From: Mantamonas sphyraenae STR306
Taxonomy: Eukaryota; Protista; CRuMs
Length of the DNA: 64,000 bases
Assembly (NCBI GenBank): GCA_026936335.1
Contig: JAPMXV010000007.1
Coordinates: forward strand, 62,001 to 126,000
Reading direction: 5' to 3'
Every line of letters begins with the position of its first letter. The first letter of the stretch is position 1. The notes beneath the pieces were generated by a model. The model did no database searches and was not told where the DNA came from. It saw only the letters and a program-made list of their open reading frames with translations. Both the position numbers and the translations under genes were made by a program. Below, in pieces: positions 43,436 through 57,498 of this stretch.

Positions 43436-45974
43436 CTAGGCGCTGCTGTCCTTGAGCTGCTGCCAACCGATGACAAACGCATCTGTGTTGCGCAGGTTTG
43501 CGATGGCACGCTTGTAGAGGGCATTAAAATCGCTCCAGCGTCCATACTTGGCCAGGTAGTGGCCATAGTCCAGCCACATGGCCTGCTGAGTGCGTGCCGG
43601 CCCAGCCAGTGCCCGTCTGTACAGAGAGTCGATCATTTCCTTTGCGGCTTTGCGCTCCTTGCGTTCCGCCGTGCCGGCAAGGACCGCCTCCTCCATGTTG
43701 ATGCACGTACGCAACAGGCCAAGGGGCGCCCCGGGCTGCTCCAGCATCTCTTTGTACACTTGGCGCATGAGAGAGGCGCCGCCGGCCAGCCTGGCCCAGC
43801 GCAGGTGCTTCTGGCACAGCGATCGCTCGGGTGACTTGTCCGCTTGGCTGGCTCGCTTCATGTATGCGGCCAGTTTCTTGGTGGGCAGGGGGGCAGTGAG
43901 AAGGAAGTCGATGAACGAGTCCCAGAGGACTGTCTGAGCCACAGAAGCGTCCTCGTCGTCACGCTTTGCCATGGCTTTCAACGCCTGTTCAAACAGCTCG
44001 GTTGCCTGTGCATGCACTTTGCCGTCGCTGGACGCAGCTCCTGCGTGAATAGTGAGCGCAATGAGGCGCAGCCAAGCGTCGGCGCTGAGGGGATGGTCTT
44101 CCACCGCCAGTTTGCTGATGGCCAGGGCGCCCTGCATGTCTCCTGCACTCAACATGCACTCTGTCCACATGGCATACAGCTCGGGACTGCCTGCTTGCGC
44201 ATCGGCAGCGCGTTGGCACACCTCCACCACCTGCTCCACCAGCGGCTGCACGGCTTCGTCGTTGCGGATCTGCTCCAGCAGGAATCGTACATAGCACGCC
44301 CACATCTCAGGTGTGGGCAGCATCTGCAGCGCTGCTTCGTACTCATGGCTCGCGTTTTCCAACGCTTCGGTCATGTATGATGCGTACGAGGGCAGCGAAT
44401 CGTCCTCTTCGTCCTCCTCCGCTTCCGCCGTGCTCTCTCCGTCGCTGTTCTCCACCTCCTGCTCGTTCTCGTCAAAAAGACGCTGCAGGCTCTTGGGCAC
44501 TTTGACATGCCTGCGTGCAAACGTATCCCACGCCAGCTCTTGGTCCGGGAACGAGCGCACAATGTCTTCGTAGATGTCTTCCACAAACTCGTGGCTCTCG
44601 ATCAGATCGCCCACCAAGGCGCTGCTCCTGTTTACGGCCTCGTAGATGTGCAGGAATCCCACACGGAAGGGCAGGTCATCCGGGATGGCCTTGACGCCGT
44701 TGCGAAACACCACCATAGGCACCGCGCCCTGCAAGAACATCTCTGTTGCCGATTTGCCCTTTGTGTCTCCCGCCTCCTCTGTGTCCATCCCATCCTCCAC
44801 GTCGTCCTCCACGTCGTCCTCCCCGTCGTCCTCCTCATCCTCCTCACCATCCTCATCCTCCTCTTCTTCATCATCCTCCTCATCATCCTCTTCCTCATCC
44901 TCCTCTTCCTCCTCCTCTTCTTCATCCTCCCCTTCCTCCTGTGCAGCGCGTGCTGCCCGTCGCTCGGCACTGGCGGCGGCTTGGCTGGACGACGACCCGA
45001 TGCCCAGAATGGCGTGGCGTGTGCGCACCTTGTCCAGATACAGCAGCTCCAGACGGAAGTATTCGTGCCACACACGCTTGCTGTCGGGCAGGGCACGGAT
45101 GGCCTTCTGCATGAGCGCACGCGCGGCGGTCATGTTTTGGTTCTCGTCAAACTCAAACGAGGCCGCAAGAATCCACACCGCCTCGCTGGAAGAGTGGAAC
45201 TGCAGACAGCGCCCAAAAATCTTGCTCAGTGCCTTGCGGTGGCCTTCCCTCCAGCAAAAGTCAATGTACTGCAGCCATACGCCGAGTTCGAGTTTGTACC
45301 GCCGGACCATGCGCTCGTAGATAAACTTGATGCGTCGAACGCCTGCGAAATCACTGAGGGAGTTGTTGCGTGTGATGCCTGTGTCCGTGTGTGTGCTTGT
45401 GTCAGCCACTGGTGTTTGCACACTTGGAGAATCCGTCGCTGGCGCCCGTGCATGTTTTCCTCACCTGCCCGCCGCTTCCGCTTGTGCCTCAGCTGGTCCA
45501 ACATGGACTCGTACTGGATGTACTTGAGAAAGTCCAGCTTTGTGGCTGCGCGTTTGTGCACCCCATACTCCAGCTGCCGCCTGCGCTTGACAATGGCCTT
45601 GATTTCGGCCTGCAATGCGACGCCCCGTCCGCGTTGTGTCAGTCCCTTTCTGCCGCACTTCCTCGTCGTCCGGTCGCAAATCCACTGCACCACACGCATC
45701 CCACCCAAGCTGGCACTGTCCTATTGCCACCTCGTGTGTCTCTGCCCCTCCGTTGGAGTCATGCTGCAACCTACGTCTGTGAACAATCCCTTGCGCTGCA
45801 GATCCTGCAGCTCCGGGACCATGTCCTCCATCAACTTGTTCACCAACTCCGCCTGTGTGTGTGTGTGTGTGTGTGGATGTGGCGTTGTGCATGCATGGGG
45901 CATAGGTGAGTGGGAGACATGGGGGTGAGTGGTCCCATTGCTTTGCGGTGGTGCGTCCAAAAACAACTGACCAT
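43436..45974 (-). CDS. UTP6: U3 snoRNA-associated protein 6 (HAT repeats); ATG-only first coding exon predicted at 45974-45972
   Basis: M|AELVNKLMEDMVPELQDLQRKGLFT|AEIKAIVKRRRQLEY...FLKYIQYE, WILAASFEFD, ARALMQ, and WHEYFRLEL. Confidence 0.92.
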
Positions 45975-45980
45975 TCTCGG

Positions 45981-47299
45981 ATGTGTGTGATTTTCTTTGG
46001 CTGGCAGGTGCATCCCAAGTACAAACTTGTCCTTTTGTCCAACCGCGACGAGAGCTTGGAGCGTGAAACCACTCGTGTGCATGTGTGGGACAACGGAGAC
46101 GAGGTGAGTTAGCCCAAAGGTGCACCCCCCACCTGGAAGACCCGCTGCAACCGCTGCGACCGCTGTGTCCGGTGCCGTGTGTATGCACTCCTCCATTGCC
46201 ACGCTCACACACAGATTCATCCCCCCATCCACTCTCGATGGCCCTTTCCCTGGCCTTGTGGCCGACGGATTCCCACCCACCCTGCTCCGGCTGTGCACAG
46301 GATATCCTCGCTGGAAAGGACGAGCAAGCACATGGCACGTGGTTGGGAATGAGCTTGCGTACAGGCAGGCTCGCCGCAGTCACCAATGTCTCGCTGTGGC
46401 GACTGGAAGGTCCGTTTGCGCTGTCGAGTTGCCCAAACGCGGTTCCGCGCTGCTTGGCTCGCCCCGTCCCAGCTGCCAATCATCGTTCCGCGCTCGCTGT
46501 GGTCCTGTCGTCATTTCCTTTTACTTTCCGATGTAGCTGTCACGCAAGTACTCACCCCCGTTCCTCACACGATCGCTGTGCAGAACCCCTTTCTCGCGGA
46601 AGTCTGACCCACGACTTTCTCCTAGGTTCCAGCTCCGTCGAGGAGTATGTGCAGTCTCTGAAACAAGACCAAAAGCTGTACAACGGCTATAATTTGCTGT
46701 TGATGGACGACCAGGATCACTTTGGCCATTGCTCCAACTGCACCGAGGACTACGCGGGCGAACTCTCACCCGGCATCTACTCCGTCTCCAACATGCACTT
46801 TGACAGCCCTTGGAGCAAGCAAGAGCGCGGAAAGATGCTGTTGGAACAAACTCTGAAGCAGAGCAGTGATGAAGACCTCGACCCTTATGCTCTGTGGGCC
46901 ATTCTGTGCGACGCAGACTCCACCGATGCCGTTGTTCCTGAGACCGCCTATGGAGACGCGTGGGAGGAGCGGACCCTCAGTATTTTCGTGCCCCACTTCT
47001 CGGTAGATGAGGACGAGGCCACCGATGGCTTTGTGCACTACGGCACACGTGCACAGACGCTCGTGCTTGTGGACCAGGACAACAAGGTCACGTATGCAGA
47101 GCATGCCTTTGACAACACCTCCAAGGAGTGGTCCATCTGTGCCTACGAGTTTACCATCGGGGACATGTCGTCCCTGGTTGATGTCAGCGACACCTTTGAC
47201 GCTGCCAAGGTTCCGCTCCCGGACAAGTGGGAGGAACACCATCGCGCAGCCAATCCAGGGGCCTCCAAAAGCAATGCGGGCACAAGCAACAGCGAGTGA
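45981..47299 (+). CDS. TANGO2: TANGO2 / NRDE-family protein (two introns)
   Basis: MCVIFF...LLSNRDE, GTWLGMS...AAVTN, SRGSL, YNGYNLL, SN...PWSK, SIFV and YGTRAQT. Confidence 0.93.
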
Positions 47300-47348
47300 G
47301 TGCGTGATGAAGTGCAGAATTTTGTTTTTCTTGGTTCCCCGGATCAGA

Positions 47349-49082
47349 TCAGAGGGCGATGCGGAAGTAGCGCTTGATCAGCTTGTTGTTGTTGATTCCC
47401 TCCTGCATGCGTGCCTTCTTGCGTGTCTCCTGTGTGTTGCGGCGCCTCACCAGATCCTCCTTGCTCAGGTCCTTCTTGACGTATCCCAGATCGCGATATT
47501 GATCCATCAGGCGTTCGATGACGGCCGAGTTGCGTGAGTTGCCGTGCAGTGGCCTCTGGTTGTAGAACGACTTGTACAGACGGTTGCCCACCACACGCTT
47601 CTGTCCGTTGGCACCCACGAGCACCAGCTCGCCCATATCGTTCATGTGCACCTCCTTGTTGTAGCGTTTGAGAAACTCCTCGCTTCCGCCCACCTCCTCG
47701 TCGTCCTCCACGTACTCGCCATCGTCCACCACTTCGCCGATGCCATACCCAAACCCCTTGCCGGCATTGCTGCTGCTGCTTCCGCTGCCGCTGCTGCTGC
47801 CTGCTTCGTCCTCAGCGGGCGCTTCGTAGTCCGGGTAGCTCGGAGAAAAGTCGTAAAACTCCACGTACTCGTTCTCCACGTCCTCGTACTTCATCTGACA
47901 GTGGCCCTTGTTTTCCATGTGGTCCTGCACCGCGTGAAGCGAGTGGAATGTGCGACCCGATCCGTTGCAGTACAGGCAGATGTTGTACACGGCCACTTTT
48001 TCCGCCAGGTAGTCCAGATAGCCTTCCAGATCGACTACGTATTCAATGTCTGGAATAAAGAAAGTGTGCACACGCGACATGTGCTCCACATTGGCGCCCA
48101 CGTCCTTGCTCTCCTTGCTGCAGAACAGACACTGTGTCACTGGCTGCATCAGCGAGTCACGGATGTCCAGCAGTTCCTCCTCCTCGTACTTGCCACTGTT
48201 CACCAAATCCAAGAATCCTGTGCGAGGTCCCAGTTCCGGACGTCCGCTCCCCTGTGTCTCCTCCGTGTCCATCCCCTGCGACTCGGTGCTTGTCTCCTTG
48301 CCCTTTCCCGCCTCGTCCTCTGCTCCCTGCTCCTCGGTGCTCTTCTTCACAACCTCCTTCACCACCTGCATGTCCAGCGCGAGCTTGCTCTTCTTGCTCT
48401 TTTCCTTGTGCTTCTTCGACTTGATGTGTTCGTCCATCTGCGCCTCACTGTTGTACGATTTCTTGCACACCTTGCACTTCATCACGTACTCATCTACGTT
48501 GTTCATCTGCTTGAATTCTGTGAATGTGTGCGCACATGTACGAGTGCACGTGTCAACACGGTGCCCCTGTGGCGCCTCCCAAGACGGAATCCGCCGCCGC
48601 CGGAATCGCGATGCCCGTGCTCCCCTCTTCCGTTCACTCACGTGCGATGCGCGCCTCAAAGTTGTGCTTGTTGATGGATTCCAAACCTGCCACTTTTCGC
48701 TGTGGGTGATGGTGTGCAAAGTGTGGGTGTGTGTCAGAGGCTGTACCGGCTGTGAAAGCTCCCTGCTGAAAAGTCCGCTGAGCATGCTGCTTTCCGAGTA
48801 AAGGGCCCTTTTGGACGACAACCACACTGCGCACCACAAGGTTCAAGACAGCCTCAAACTACGGTGCCATGCCTGCTTCGTGCTGTGTCCTCCACTCACC
48901 TTGAGGTTGAATCGGTGCCAGTCCTCGCGGTAGTGTACTTTCTGCTCGTCGAGCGAGTCAAACGCCACCTTGCACGTCAGGCACGAAAACTCGGGCATCT
49001 CTTGCTCCATCTCATCGATAATGTACTCTTCCTCCCCATCGTTCGCACTGACTCCCTTGGGAAGTTTCTTTGTGACGGACAT
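47349..49082 (-). CDS. ZNF622: Pre-60S factor Rei1/ZNF622 (two introns)
   Basis: CLTC...HYREDWHRFNLK|RKVAGL, CKVCKKSY...HIKSKKH, CLFC...HMSRVHTFFIPDIEY, and CLYCN...HMENKGHC. Confidence 0.93.
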
Positions 49083-49258
49083 GTTTTGACTTGGCTTTGC
49101 GGACGCAGCAGCGCTCACGCCTGTGATTTGCCTTGCCCATCATCCACATGCCATCTCTCTCCTGCCACAGCACAGAGTTCCCTCTGCCCCCGTGTTCTCC
49201 CTCTGTACATTCCGACCACCGGATGCGAGTGCGCCTGTCCAGGCAATCACACGCCGGA

Positions 49259-52200
49259 ATGAGCAGCAGCAGCAGCAGCAGGCCAAACAACGGCAGCGAG
49301 GATGGCGGAACCATCGAGTATGTGCAACGCCCCTGCTCCCCACAGGCTCCACGCATACGCGTGTACATACGTGCGCATGGCTTGGCACGCTGACCCATCG
49401 ACACCTGCACGCACACGCACACACAGGGGACATCTCGTCCAGCTCCGCTATCTGCTCACCAAAAAGAACTGCCTGCTCGAAGAGACCGCCCTCTACGACG
49501 ACGGCTCCCAGTACATTGAGCAGGTGAGTGTGATGTACATGCCATACGTTGCCACTTCCGTTGCCCTCTCCACCCGTAGGCGTTCCCTGCGCACGCCCGC
49601 CGAACGTTGTGGGGTTCGCTGACACCCTCTCTTCCTTTGTTGCAGGTCAACGCCCTTGACCCGGCCGAGCTCAAACGCACCCTGGGCGTCTTTCAGCACT
49701 ACCTCACCTCGGTCTCTGTGCACAAACAGACCATCCAGCCTCTTAGTGACACCTTGGTTGAGTTTGCCAGTAAGTTCCGTGTCTGGGTTAGGCTCTGTGA
49801 GCCGGCCGTTGCCCCGGATGGCCGCAGGCGACACATCCTGACCATCAATCTTCCCCTTCCCTGCAGAGCAATTCGACGACCTGCACATCCAGTCCACCTC
49901 CAGCAAGGCATCAAAGAACAAGAACAAGAACAAGCACAAAGACGCACACACGCCCACCTCCAAGGACAAGCGCGAGACCGTCGAGGAGTTCCAGGCCGAC
50001 GAGTCCGTCCTTTGTTGGTGCCTTCAGGCCCTCGCCGCCGTCCTCAAGGCAAACCTCACCACAGGGAACATCCGTTTCGTCAACCCCGAAGTCATCGACT
50101 ACGTCTACGAGAAGCTCGACTTTGTCAACTCCCCAGGAGTCAAGCACGTCGCCGCCCTCTGCATCGGCTACCTTTCCCAGGACCACCTCGACCGCATTAC
50201 AGAGATGTTTCTCAAGCACCTCGGCAGCGTCAAGAAAGACGACGAGGCCCGTGCCTACGTCACCTACCAACGCGCCATTGTACGTGCCCATGCCCAGCCC
50301 TGCGCTTGTTGACTGCTCCTTTGCTGACGCCCTCTCCCCTACCCTCCTTCACACTCCCTCGCCCCCGGCAAAGCAATTCCTTTGCTTTGGCTTTGACACT
50401 ACCGAGCGTGCAAACGTCACTGTCGAGTACCTGACGCAGTTGTGCGACCTCATGGGCAAGATCGACCGCGGCGTCTTGCGCGAAGAGATCTGCATCACCC
50501 TGGGCGTATTGTTTGAGCAGTGGATGGGCCCCGTGGAGTATGCCGTGCCTGCTTCCAGCATGAATGTTGCCCTTGTCGCCGGTGGTAGCACACACAACAC
50601 AACCACCGACCACGGCACCGAACTGCGAGACGGCAGGCTCGTCGTCGAAGACGTTGATTTGTACAACTGCCGCACCGCCTTTCGTGCCTTTGTCTCACAG
50701 TACGGTTCTTCCAACTACTGGGACGTGTACGGCAAGCTGTATGCCACCGTCACCAAGTGGGCCAAGAAAAGCAAGCACGCCCCCTTTTGTCACGATCTCC
50801 TTGCCGTCATGGTCTCGGTCGGCAACAAGAGCACCTTTGTGCAGGGAAACGATCTCCTCAAGGCCATCATGAAGGACAAGCACACACGCATCGAGAATCT
50901 CGGTCGCGTGCGCGCCTACATGCGCTTCCTCGACCGTGACATGGTCCTCAGCCACCTCGACACCTTCCAGGGCCAGCTCAAGACCCTTGTCCCTCTGCTC
51001 TTTCCCAAAAAGGCCGTCCCCGACGACGAGGAGCTGCGTCTCCTCACAGACATTGTCGGCGACATCGGCAGGCTCGACGTACACAATTTCATCGACCTCT
51101 TTGGCTCCTACTGTGCCCCCAAGAACAAGAGCGTATCTCTGCAGCAAAAGTCCATCTGGCACAAGGTGCTGGGCGTGCTCAGCCACGAGCTCCCCCAACA
51201 GATCCGCCAGCACAACGAAGAACTCCACCCGCTCATCATCCCAGTTCTCCTGGACCACGCTCGCCAGGACCCTGCTCTCGTCAGCGCGACCATCCGATGC
51301 TTCCCAGTCATTCATGACCCAGACGAGGAGCAGAACACCAATGTCCTCAAGGGACTCGGTTCTCTCGCCCTTAGCTCCCATCGCGAGATCTCCAGCGCCG
51401 CAGTCTTTTCGCTTTCCGACTACATTCACCAGAATCCGCACACCAACATCGTAGAGATCCTACTGGTGTTTACAGACCTCATGCGTGACACATCCATGGA
51501 CCAGGAAAAGGTGCTCAAGGCGTTTCAGAACGTCGGTGTTCTCATAGGCGCCTACACTGCAGTCGCGGACTCGCATGACATCTACGGCGCCTATCTCGAC
51601 TCGGACACTGTCATGCGCATGCGCTTGGAGATGGAAGGTGTCACCCTGCTCTGGTTGCATCATCCAGAGATGTGGGTGCGCAACGAAGCCGTCCGACTGA
51701 TGCGCAAGTTCAACCACGCTTCCTTCCGGGCCATCGAACTCACTGCCACCCAGGAAGGCGGAAGCAGCTTTGCAGGCTCCTCAACATCGTCCTCCGCCTC
51801 ATCTTCCTCGTCTGCATCCTCTTCCGCAGGCGTGCCCTCCGTCAATGTGCCCGAGTTTCTTGGCGATCACATTGGCGAACACTTTACCGATGCCCCGTTT
51901 GACGGCAACGACATGGACGAGTTCTACTGGCCGTCACAGCTGACGGAGCTGCTCACAGCTGAGTTTGACAGGTATAAGCTTGCCATCCAGTGGGCATGGG
52001 TCCATTTGTGTGAGCAGTGGCGCAACCAGTGTGCCTCCGCCTTCTACTCGTATCCGGACCAACTGCAGGTTTGGAAGAACCACCTCCGCTTCCTTTCGCT
52101 GGCTTTGCGCATCCCATACCACGAAGAGGTGGACGCTGTGGTGCCCACCAATGAGCTTGTGCAAATGTTCTTTGCTCAGTGCTTCTCGCTGCTCGACCAC

Positions 52201-55200
52201 GAGGTGGATGAGGTCACCGAGACGGTGTGGAAGTCCATGGGCCAAGTCGACCTCTCTGTGTACAACGAACTGGTTCTGCAGATCAAGCAGTACTACAAAC
52301 ACGTTGACGACGAGGATGGAGGCAAGAAGGGCAAGAAGAAGAAGAAAAAGAAGAAGAAGCAAGAGGAGGACTCCATGGCCGAGCTGCAAGACTCTCCGAT
52401 GGATCTGTACTTCCAAAAGACCGTCCTGGACATCTTCTTGTACCTCGCTGACAAGATGGATCCGGTGACGTTCAACAGCGCTGCGTTTGTGCACGACTCG
52501 TTCACCGAGCTGCTGGCGGTCTGGTTTGCCCCGTACAACGCACAGGTCATGAGACAGCTGCCTGTGCAGACTCAAATCCCCATGATGAAGCTTGTGGCCC
52601 AGTACTTTGCCATGCACGACCCCACCGTTAGCGAAGAGGAGTCGCCCAACGTCATCTCAGCTACCAACGTCGTGTTCCGCGTGTTCGAGGACGACCCGCT
52701 TGAACAGGACAATTACGCCCTGGTGTTGGACTTTCTCAACACCTACCTCATCGAAGCCGAATACGTCAACCCGATGGAACCTGGCTGGGGCATGGAGCTG
52801 AGCGGAGACGAGTGCCAGCTGGATGTGGCGCTCGTCGAAGCTGCCGAAGCATTCTTGAACCGTGGTCCGCTGCGCAACAGTGCATTGGAGGACAGATTCA
52901 TCGAGTACTTTGACCAGATTGTGGCACGCGGGCCGCATACACACGACAAAGTGGCAGACGCCATGACGGCGTTCCTTCGCCACCAGCCCAACTGGGTCAA
53001 GTACTACATCCGCAACACGTTGGGCGTGTACGCCACCGTGCCGGTAGACTTTCACGCGTACACCTGCGCTTACTTGCGCTCTTTTGTGCGCAACATGATC
53101 CAAAGCCCTGACCGCTTCCGCGTGGACAAGAGCACTCTGATCATCCTGTCCATCCTGCATCAGACGTCGCGCCACAGCAACACCCGCCAGTTGGCGGTGG
53201 ATCTGACCATGCTGTTGTCGTCCGGCCGCTACCACGAGACGTTGGATTTCGGCTTTGAGATCAACGCATCTTCGCACGAATTTAGCACGCTGTACGTCGA
53301 GATGGCGGTTCGCAACTCGCAGTCGCTGGCACAACGCTACCCGTTGCAGTTTTTGGATTTGTTGGACGAGGCCGAGTTCAATTTTAACCGGCTGGAGGAC
53401 GAGTATCGCGTGAGCTTGCTGCGCATCATCATCCCGTGGGTGGCCAACTTTGGCATGCTGTGCAACAACAGCAGCATCAGCGCACGCAAAATCAACAAGC
53501 TTCTGGAGTCGCTGTTCAACCTCACCTGCCGTTCGCTGGAATCGCAAGCGGCCTACCCGCATCTCGAGCGTCTGTGGATGAGCTCCGTGAGTGACATGCA
53601 GCACATGTCACTGAGTGCATCCGAGATCCTGGAGTACCTGCTCAAGGTGTACCGACGCGACGGTGCCGTGAGCATGCCTGCAGAGGCCATGATGCTTGGT
53701 GACGGCCACCTTGTTGACGAAACGCTGACGGGCGCAGAAGCACCGATCGACGAGGCTACAGCACGCACTGTGATGGGCGAGGCTGCAGCCATGACGGCAG
53801 ACGAAAGCAACCCGGATGCCACTGACATTGTGGCCAGCGGCGTCATGGATGTGATCAGCAACGCGATGGACCGCACATTTCAGGCGGGAGGCAAGCCCAC
53901 AGTTGCTCGATTGCCTGACGACGTCGTCAACACGGCGTGCCGCATGATTACGTGTCACCTTGCACGCAGTTCGTCCAAGGTGATTGTGTTGGCGTACCTT
54001 GTGGAGAAGCTGCGGGACTACGGCGAAATGCCGGCTCACAACAAGGTGGTGTTGAAGAAAACACGCAGCGACGCAGACGAACAGACGTCCGCGGTGGCCG
54101 AGGTTGCGTTTGCACTCCTTGCAGACATGGTGTTTGAGAGTGAAGTGGACCTGGTGCACTTTCTGCCAAAGATCCTTCTGAACTGCTGGTGCCTGTACGG
54201 CGAAGGCAGCGCAGAGAGCAACAGCCGCAACCGAGTGTTGTCATCCATTTGCCACACGCTTGGCTTCAAGTACTGCGTTGCACCGAGCAACAGGGTGCAG
54301 GAGACGCGTGCGCAGGTGGTGACGTATCGGCAGTACAATTTTGCAGACGACGTGGAGGCTTCCGAGCAAGCGCCGCGTGGACAAACACGCAATCCGTTGG
54401 ACCCAGAGAGTATCCTGGAGATGATTGGATTCCTGTCGTGGCACATGGTGGACCTGCGGCAGCAAATTGCATGGCGCAGCCTGCGGTGGGCGTTCCACAC
54501 GTCTGAAGAGGCGCTTGCGCTCAAGGCTGTGGAGTTGTTTGTTCTCTGCAACACCGACTTTAGCATTTATACGATGAACCAGCTGTTCCAGTTGTTGTTC
54601 ATGGAACTGAAGGAGGACCGGTTCACGACGGGCGAGCGCATTATGAAGTATCTTGTGGATACAGCACGGGAGCGCACTCTGGACGACTTTGTGGGCACGC
54701 AAATGATCAACTGCAGTCTGGCGCTGCTTCACACGGCGTCGATTCGCTACTTTGGCATGGGCCTGCAGCTGTTCATGGAGATTTCTGCAATGTGCAGCGA
54801 GGAGGTGATGGGCCAGAGCATCGAGGTGTGGGAAGGGTCGATGGTGTCTGCGGGCGAAGTGATCACACGCACGCTGTTCCGCGGTCTGACGCACGAGAGC
54901 ACATACCGGGACACTTTGTGGATGCTGGAGCACTTTGTGATTGCTTACGAGTCGACGGGCACAAACAGGGACCACATGCTTGTGACAGCACTGCTGGTGT
55001 ATGCCACACGAGTGTACAACGGAGATTCGGAGGCTGCGCTGGATGCGTGCGACTTTCTGCGCGAGTCTGAAGACCAGCGCATCGGAGGCGTGCTCGGCTT
55101 GTTTGAGAGCTGCCAAGGGGCTCCGCAGGAGCAGCTGGAACAGTGGTTCCTGCGTTCGTTTGTGGGCGAGCTGTTCAAGCTGGTGGAGAACGAACTGCGC

Positions 55201-57483
55201 GCATTTGCATTGAAGGCAGTGAGCAACCTGGCGCGACGTGGTTTGCCGTCGTGGCATCTGACGTTGTTGAAGCTGCTGTGCCTGATGTTCAACGAGTACG
55301 GAGAGACGCTGTCTGTGGAGCAATTTACGGACATTGCGGAGATTGTGTTTTACCACACGTATTCGTGGGAAGAGGATGTGGCAGAGGTGGCGCAAAAGCT
55401 GATGATCCTGCTGATGGGCCGACGTCCGAACGGAACCCCGGAAAAGATCTTCAACTTTCTGCGCAAGCCGCCTGCACGGCAGGCGTCGATGCTGCTGCAG
55501 CGAAGCAGCAAGGTGACGAGTGCCGGGCAAAGCTTCAGTGGATTCCGAGGCACGGACAGGGTGAACAACCTGCGTGCGAGTTTGAACACATTTTACACGC
55601 ATGTGTTGAAGTACAAGGTGCAGGTGGAGCATGTGACGCGTGTAGAGGAGGCTACTGTGCCGATGGAGGAGTCGTCATCGTCGTCCTCCGCTGCGGCTGG
55701 GGCTGCAGCTGCGACCTTGCAAGAGTCGGCTGTGGAACCGTCAGCACCGCCCATGCCGAGCATGAAAGAGGCCATGGAGGAGGATTCGGACGAGTATGAT
55801 GAAGATGAGGAAGATGATGAGGACGTGGAGCTACCCGCGCCGCTTCCAATGGAAGGGGAAGAGGAAGTGGGCGAAGCAGCGGCAGGTGATGGTGAAGGTG
55901 ATGGAGAGTTGGTTGTGACGACGGGCATCGAGGAGGAGCAACAAACACAGGAGGGGACGGAGGAAGAGACGGACGGGATGGCCATGGAGGATATGGCCAT
56001 GGCATCGCACCCTATTTACGAGCACATCGCAGAGATGCAGAGGCTGTCGCGGGACAAGACGAAGCAAGATGTACCAAACAAACCTCGACGACGTGCGCCG
56101 AGGCCCCCGGGAGGCATGGAGGAGGAAGAAGATGTGGACATGCTTGTGTATGGTGGCTCGGACACGACGGTGGGTACGGTGCGCGGGGCAGATGAGCTGG
56201 ATGACTTGGAAGAGAAGCTGTCGTCGAGGAGGCTGACCAACGTTGGTGTGCAGCTGGGTCTGCATGACGGCTGGCTGGAGGAGATGCAGCGGGAGGAGGA
56301 CGAGCGCAGGGCTGCGGAGGAAGCTTTGGCGGCAGAGGCAGCAGGTGAGCTCGTGGAAGAAGATCTGGCAGTTGACACCCCTGCTGCAGATGAGGATGGT
56401 GCTGTCGAGGACGCGCCTGTCGACGTCGCTCCCTCTGCAGATGTCTCAATGGAGGAAGTTGCTCCCGCTGAAGATGCCCCGGTGGCTGCTGTGGACGACG
56501 CTTCTGCTGAGGATGCCCCGTTTGAGGATGACGCTCCTGCCGATGACGCTCCCGCTGAGGATGTCCCGGTTGAGGATGACGCTCCTGCCGATGAAACACC
56601 TGTTGAGGATGCCCCGGTTGAGGATGACGTTCCTGTCGATGGCACACCTGCTGAGGATGTCCCGGTTGAGGATGACGTTCCTGTCGATGGCACACCTGCT
56701 GAGGATGTCCCGGTTGAGGATGATGCTCCTGTGGACGACGCTCCCGCTGAAGATGTTCCGGTTGAGGATGACGTTCCTGTCGATGGCACACCTGCTGAGG
56801 ATGCCCAGGGTGAGGATGACGCTCCTGTCGATGACACTCCTACTGAGGATGCCCCGGTAGAGGATGAGACTCCTGCCGATGACGCCCCTGCTGAGGATGC
56901 CCAGGGTGAGGATGATGCTCCTGTGGACGACGCTCCCGCTGAGGATGCCCCGGTTGAGGATGAGACTCCTGCCGATGACGCCCCTGCTGAGGATGCCCCG
57001 GTAGAGGATGAGACTCCTGCCGATGGCGCCCCTGCTGAGGATGCCCAGGGTGAGGACAACACTTCTGCTGAGGATGCCCCAGTTGACGATTCCGCTGCTA
57101 CCGACGAGGTCAATGCCGGAGATGCACCCGCAGAGGCGTCACCTGCACAGGAAGACACGTTTGCCACGCCTCCGGCCGTGGCTGAGGAAGCCATTGTCAA
57201 CGAAGAGGAGCGTGTGGAAGAACTCATGCGAGAGGAAGCTCAGGCTGAGTTGGAGCAAGGAGACTTTGCAAGTCCGCCCGTGGTGCCCGAAGAGGTGATT
57301 TCCCATGAAGAAGAACGAGTGGACGAGTTGCTCAAAGAGGAAGCCAAGGCCGAGCTCGAAAACGGCGATTTCGCATCGCCACCACCCACGAGCGACGAGG
57401 CATCGATCGTGCCGTCCGATGAGCCCCTGGATGGCGGTGACGCAACCACAACAACCACAACCACATCTGTGAGTGAGGAATGA
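49259..57483 (+). CDS. Very large ARM/HEAT-like helical protein, probably Furry/Tao3/Mor2-like, with an acidic repetitive C-terminal tail; at least four introns in the 5' part
   Basis: A 2,453-codon ORF plus phase-compatible upstream exons. Alpha-helical composition and the segment 'CIGYLSQDHLDRITEMFLKHL' resemble MOR2-PAG1_N. The family call is tentative. Confidence 0.55.
56500..57090 (+). repeat. Coding tandem repeat with a ~48-bp unit (PAEDVPVEDDVPVDGT-like), about 12 degenerate copies
   Basis: cctgctgaggatg(t/c)cccggttgaggatgac... recurs with 48-nt periodicity. Confidence 0.9.
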
Positions 57484-57498
57484 ACAGGAAACAGGAAT

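Noticed and set aside
46301-46310. ATATCCT as a U12-type 5' splice site in TANGO2
   Set aside because: It is exon sequence (DILAG) directly after a normal CAG acceptor.
48735-48860. 8-bp inverted repeat in ZNF622 intron 1 as a snoRNA terminal stem
   Set aside because: No convincing box C/D or H/ACA motifs.
56500-57090. Regular repeat array as a possible CRISPR
   Set aside because: No unique spacers; it is an in-frame coding minisatellite.
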